A DNA stretch of 64,000 bases from Podarcis cretensis (lineage: Eukaryota). Shown piece after piece: positions 61,846-64,000 of the stretch. The stretch lies in NCBI GenBank assembly GCA_951804945.1, contig OX638164.1, forward strand, positions 7,998,001-8,062,000, read 5' to 3'. Numbering within the stretch: position 1 is the first letter of the stretch; the number at the start of each line of letters is the position of its first letter. The translations under genes were made by a program, and so were the position numbers. The notes under the pieces are model-generated. The model saw only the letters and a list, made by a program, of their open reading frames with translations, did no database searches and had not been told where the DNA came from.

Positions 61846-61900
61846 AGAAGGAAGGAAGGAAGGAAGGAAGGAAGGAAGGAAGGAAGGAAGGAAGGAAGGA
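61846..61900. repeat. (GGAA)n microsatellite
   Basis: Seen directly. Confidence 0.95.
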
Positions 61901-64000
61901 AAAAGCGAGAACTGATTCCAGTTTAACTGCTTGTGTATTTGATCAACGCCGCTCTCAAAGCAGAGAGACACAAAAACGACAGATACATTAAAAGGAAACT
62001 CATTTCTGATCAGCAGTGTCAAGTACTCAAGAGCAGACTTTCTTGTTTGCAGCCTGCCAGACTTTTAATCCATTAACCATCAGTTGTGTCTGTGGGAAGA
62101 TACACATCAGTGGTAAAAGAGGGGAGCGAGAAAGAAAATAGTTTAAGGCCAAATGCATGTTATCTTTGAGACTGGAATTCTATATTTACATGTCAAGAAT
62201 AAAAATAAACACTCGCTGGTGAGACTCTTTTTTGAGGAGGGGAGGAACACTATATTAGAATACATTTTTAAACGACTGGTTACCTTTATATCCCACCCTT
62301 TCCCCCAGGCATCTCGGAATGGCAGTTTTGCTTCACACAGTGAGTTTCATGGCTAAGCTGGAACGTGAACCAAAGGTTTCCTGTACACGAAAGCCCTGCC
62401 CTCTGGACCAGGGAAATCAAACTGGCTATCCCTGGAACTAATATGAAACACAAAGCAATTATTATTGTTGTTACTATACCTATATTAAGCTGTCTCATAA
62501 CACTGTTCTGAGGGCAACTCACAGATATTTTATAGTCACACTTCTAAATGTTTATTCAGAATAAACATGAGTCGGACAAAAGAAAAAAGAAAAAGGTGAA
62601 CCAAACCATCCAGGGCTTCAGACAAGAGCATCCCACTCACCATGAGTTAGATTTCTGGATCTCATAGAAACTACCACTATGAAGAATGGGTTATACGGTG
62701 TTACCCCTAGTGGGGCACCACAGTATTCTTAATAGTGGTAGTTTCTACACTGAGATCCAGAGAAAGGAGAGTTCGTTCTGAAAGCAAAGCATGCGCTCTA
62801 GGCTTGGTGCAAAGACTTTCCTTTCTTATTTTCCTTCTGATAGTGGCCTCATTCACACATAACAACAAGCCTTGGTTAATGGCTTAATGGGATGAAGTAG
62901 CATGCTAGTGCCTGCTGCCAATCACTCTCTCTTTCCTCCTCCCCCGCCCCCAGATGCACTGGCTTACAGAGGAGCCCCCAGGGCAAGGCAGGTTGCTCAC
63001 CAAGGATTACTCCTAGTAACAACTTGCTCTGACAAAGGTTGGAAGCAAACACAGCTACTTGGAGGCTCTGCTTCCCAGTTCACCTCTCCTAGGCTGCACC
63101 CCTTTGTGGAAAACAGGGCTCTCTTATTAAAGGGCCAACATTTTAAGGCCTCCTACCTAGTGCACTCTCTGCGCACTGTGAATATTCTACCCTTCGTTTC
63201 ACAGGTCCTGGTGCTGTGGGATCTGGTTCAGCAAGCTCCTGCCTTCCCAACCTCAAAGTTCAGCTGGCCTCTCAACAACATGAGGCTCAGAGCAAGGAAC
63301 CCGGTCTGGCTCCTTAGCTGGTAGCACTGTAGCCTCAGACTTTGTGTCCTGATCACGGATGGACTCTGGAGTCATGACAAAGATTGTTATCTCTCTTGAA
63401 GAAATTCTGGTCATGGTTTGCTAGCAAGGAGGGGGGAAACATCAAGCCAAGGTTTCATGACTTGTACTTCTGCTTGCACCAAGAGAAAAGTGAAGTGGGA
63501 GTGATAAGTAAAGATGCACTAGCATGGCTTATCCGTGTGTGGACTAGTCTTCATTTATTCCTGATTTCTAGTACAAAATGAGAGACCTGAATGAATCCTG
63601 GCCGGGTTTCATATTCATACAAAGTTACTTCAAGGTACCTGGCATTCCCTTTAGGGAACTTTGTTTACTTCACACCTTTGAGACCAAAATAACCTACCTG
63701 GTCTGGAGCAAAGACCTTGTTTCTAATCCTGGCTCTATCTCCCACCTCCAAAAGCTTCCCATCACCTTTCTTCTTAAATAAGTCACTTTGACTTCCTTCA
63801 CCTCCACCTTGTCTTGTACATTTAGGTGTTAACCCTGTTCAAGCAGACACCATGTCTGCTTCTCTCGACAGTGTCTTTTTCATGGGGCCTGTTTCTGTCT
63901 AGCTTTGAGCATTTTTAAAAATAGGGTTAGCAGGCTTTCTGTGAGTTCATGGAGCCTCTTAGGAGGAAATAAACTTATTAGGCCATAGGCCTATTGGCCT

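Larger units (their letters stand above)
24074..64000 (-). other. MSI2: MSI2 intron upstream of the RRM2 exon (intron 6, partial)
   Basis: The preceding exon (...VKQYFEQFGK) was not found in the window, so this intron is at least 40 kb long. Confidence 0.85.

Noticed and set aside
1-64000. CRISPR arrays, operons, known miRNAs, hammerhead ribozymes
   Set aside because: This is vertebrate intronic DNA. By eye I saw no repeat-spacer arrays, no familiar mature miRNA sequences and no hammerhead core in a proper stem context. An Infernal/Rfam scan would be needed to exclude these formally.

Overview
This is eukaryotic, non-genic-looking DNA from a squamate reptile. The repeat content (Sauria SINE, BovB, young L2, CR1, MIR-derived SINEs) suggests a lacertid lizard such as Podarcis; that assignment is inference. 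The whole window lies inside the Musashi-2 gene (MSI2) on the minus strand. Only one coding exon is present: 49 bp at 24025-24073, encoding VEDAMLMFDKTTNRHR(G) of RRM2 (exon 7 in mammalian numbering), and it is not in the ORF track. The rest is the two long flanking introns. These contain retroelements, several DNA-transposon MITEs with visible TIRs/TSDs, a probable solo LTR with an extended CTCF motif, microsatellites and homeodomain-site-rich blocks that look like enhancers. The most notable observation is a candidate 7-nt microexon (24 nt with a second donor) at 49878-49884 with near-ideal splice signals. Either form would put a premature stop into MSI2, suggesting a poison-microexon (AS-NMD) switch, or alternatively a recursive splice site. 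Apart from the BovB and L2 ORF2 fragments, the ORFs in the track look spurious.
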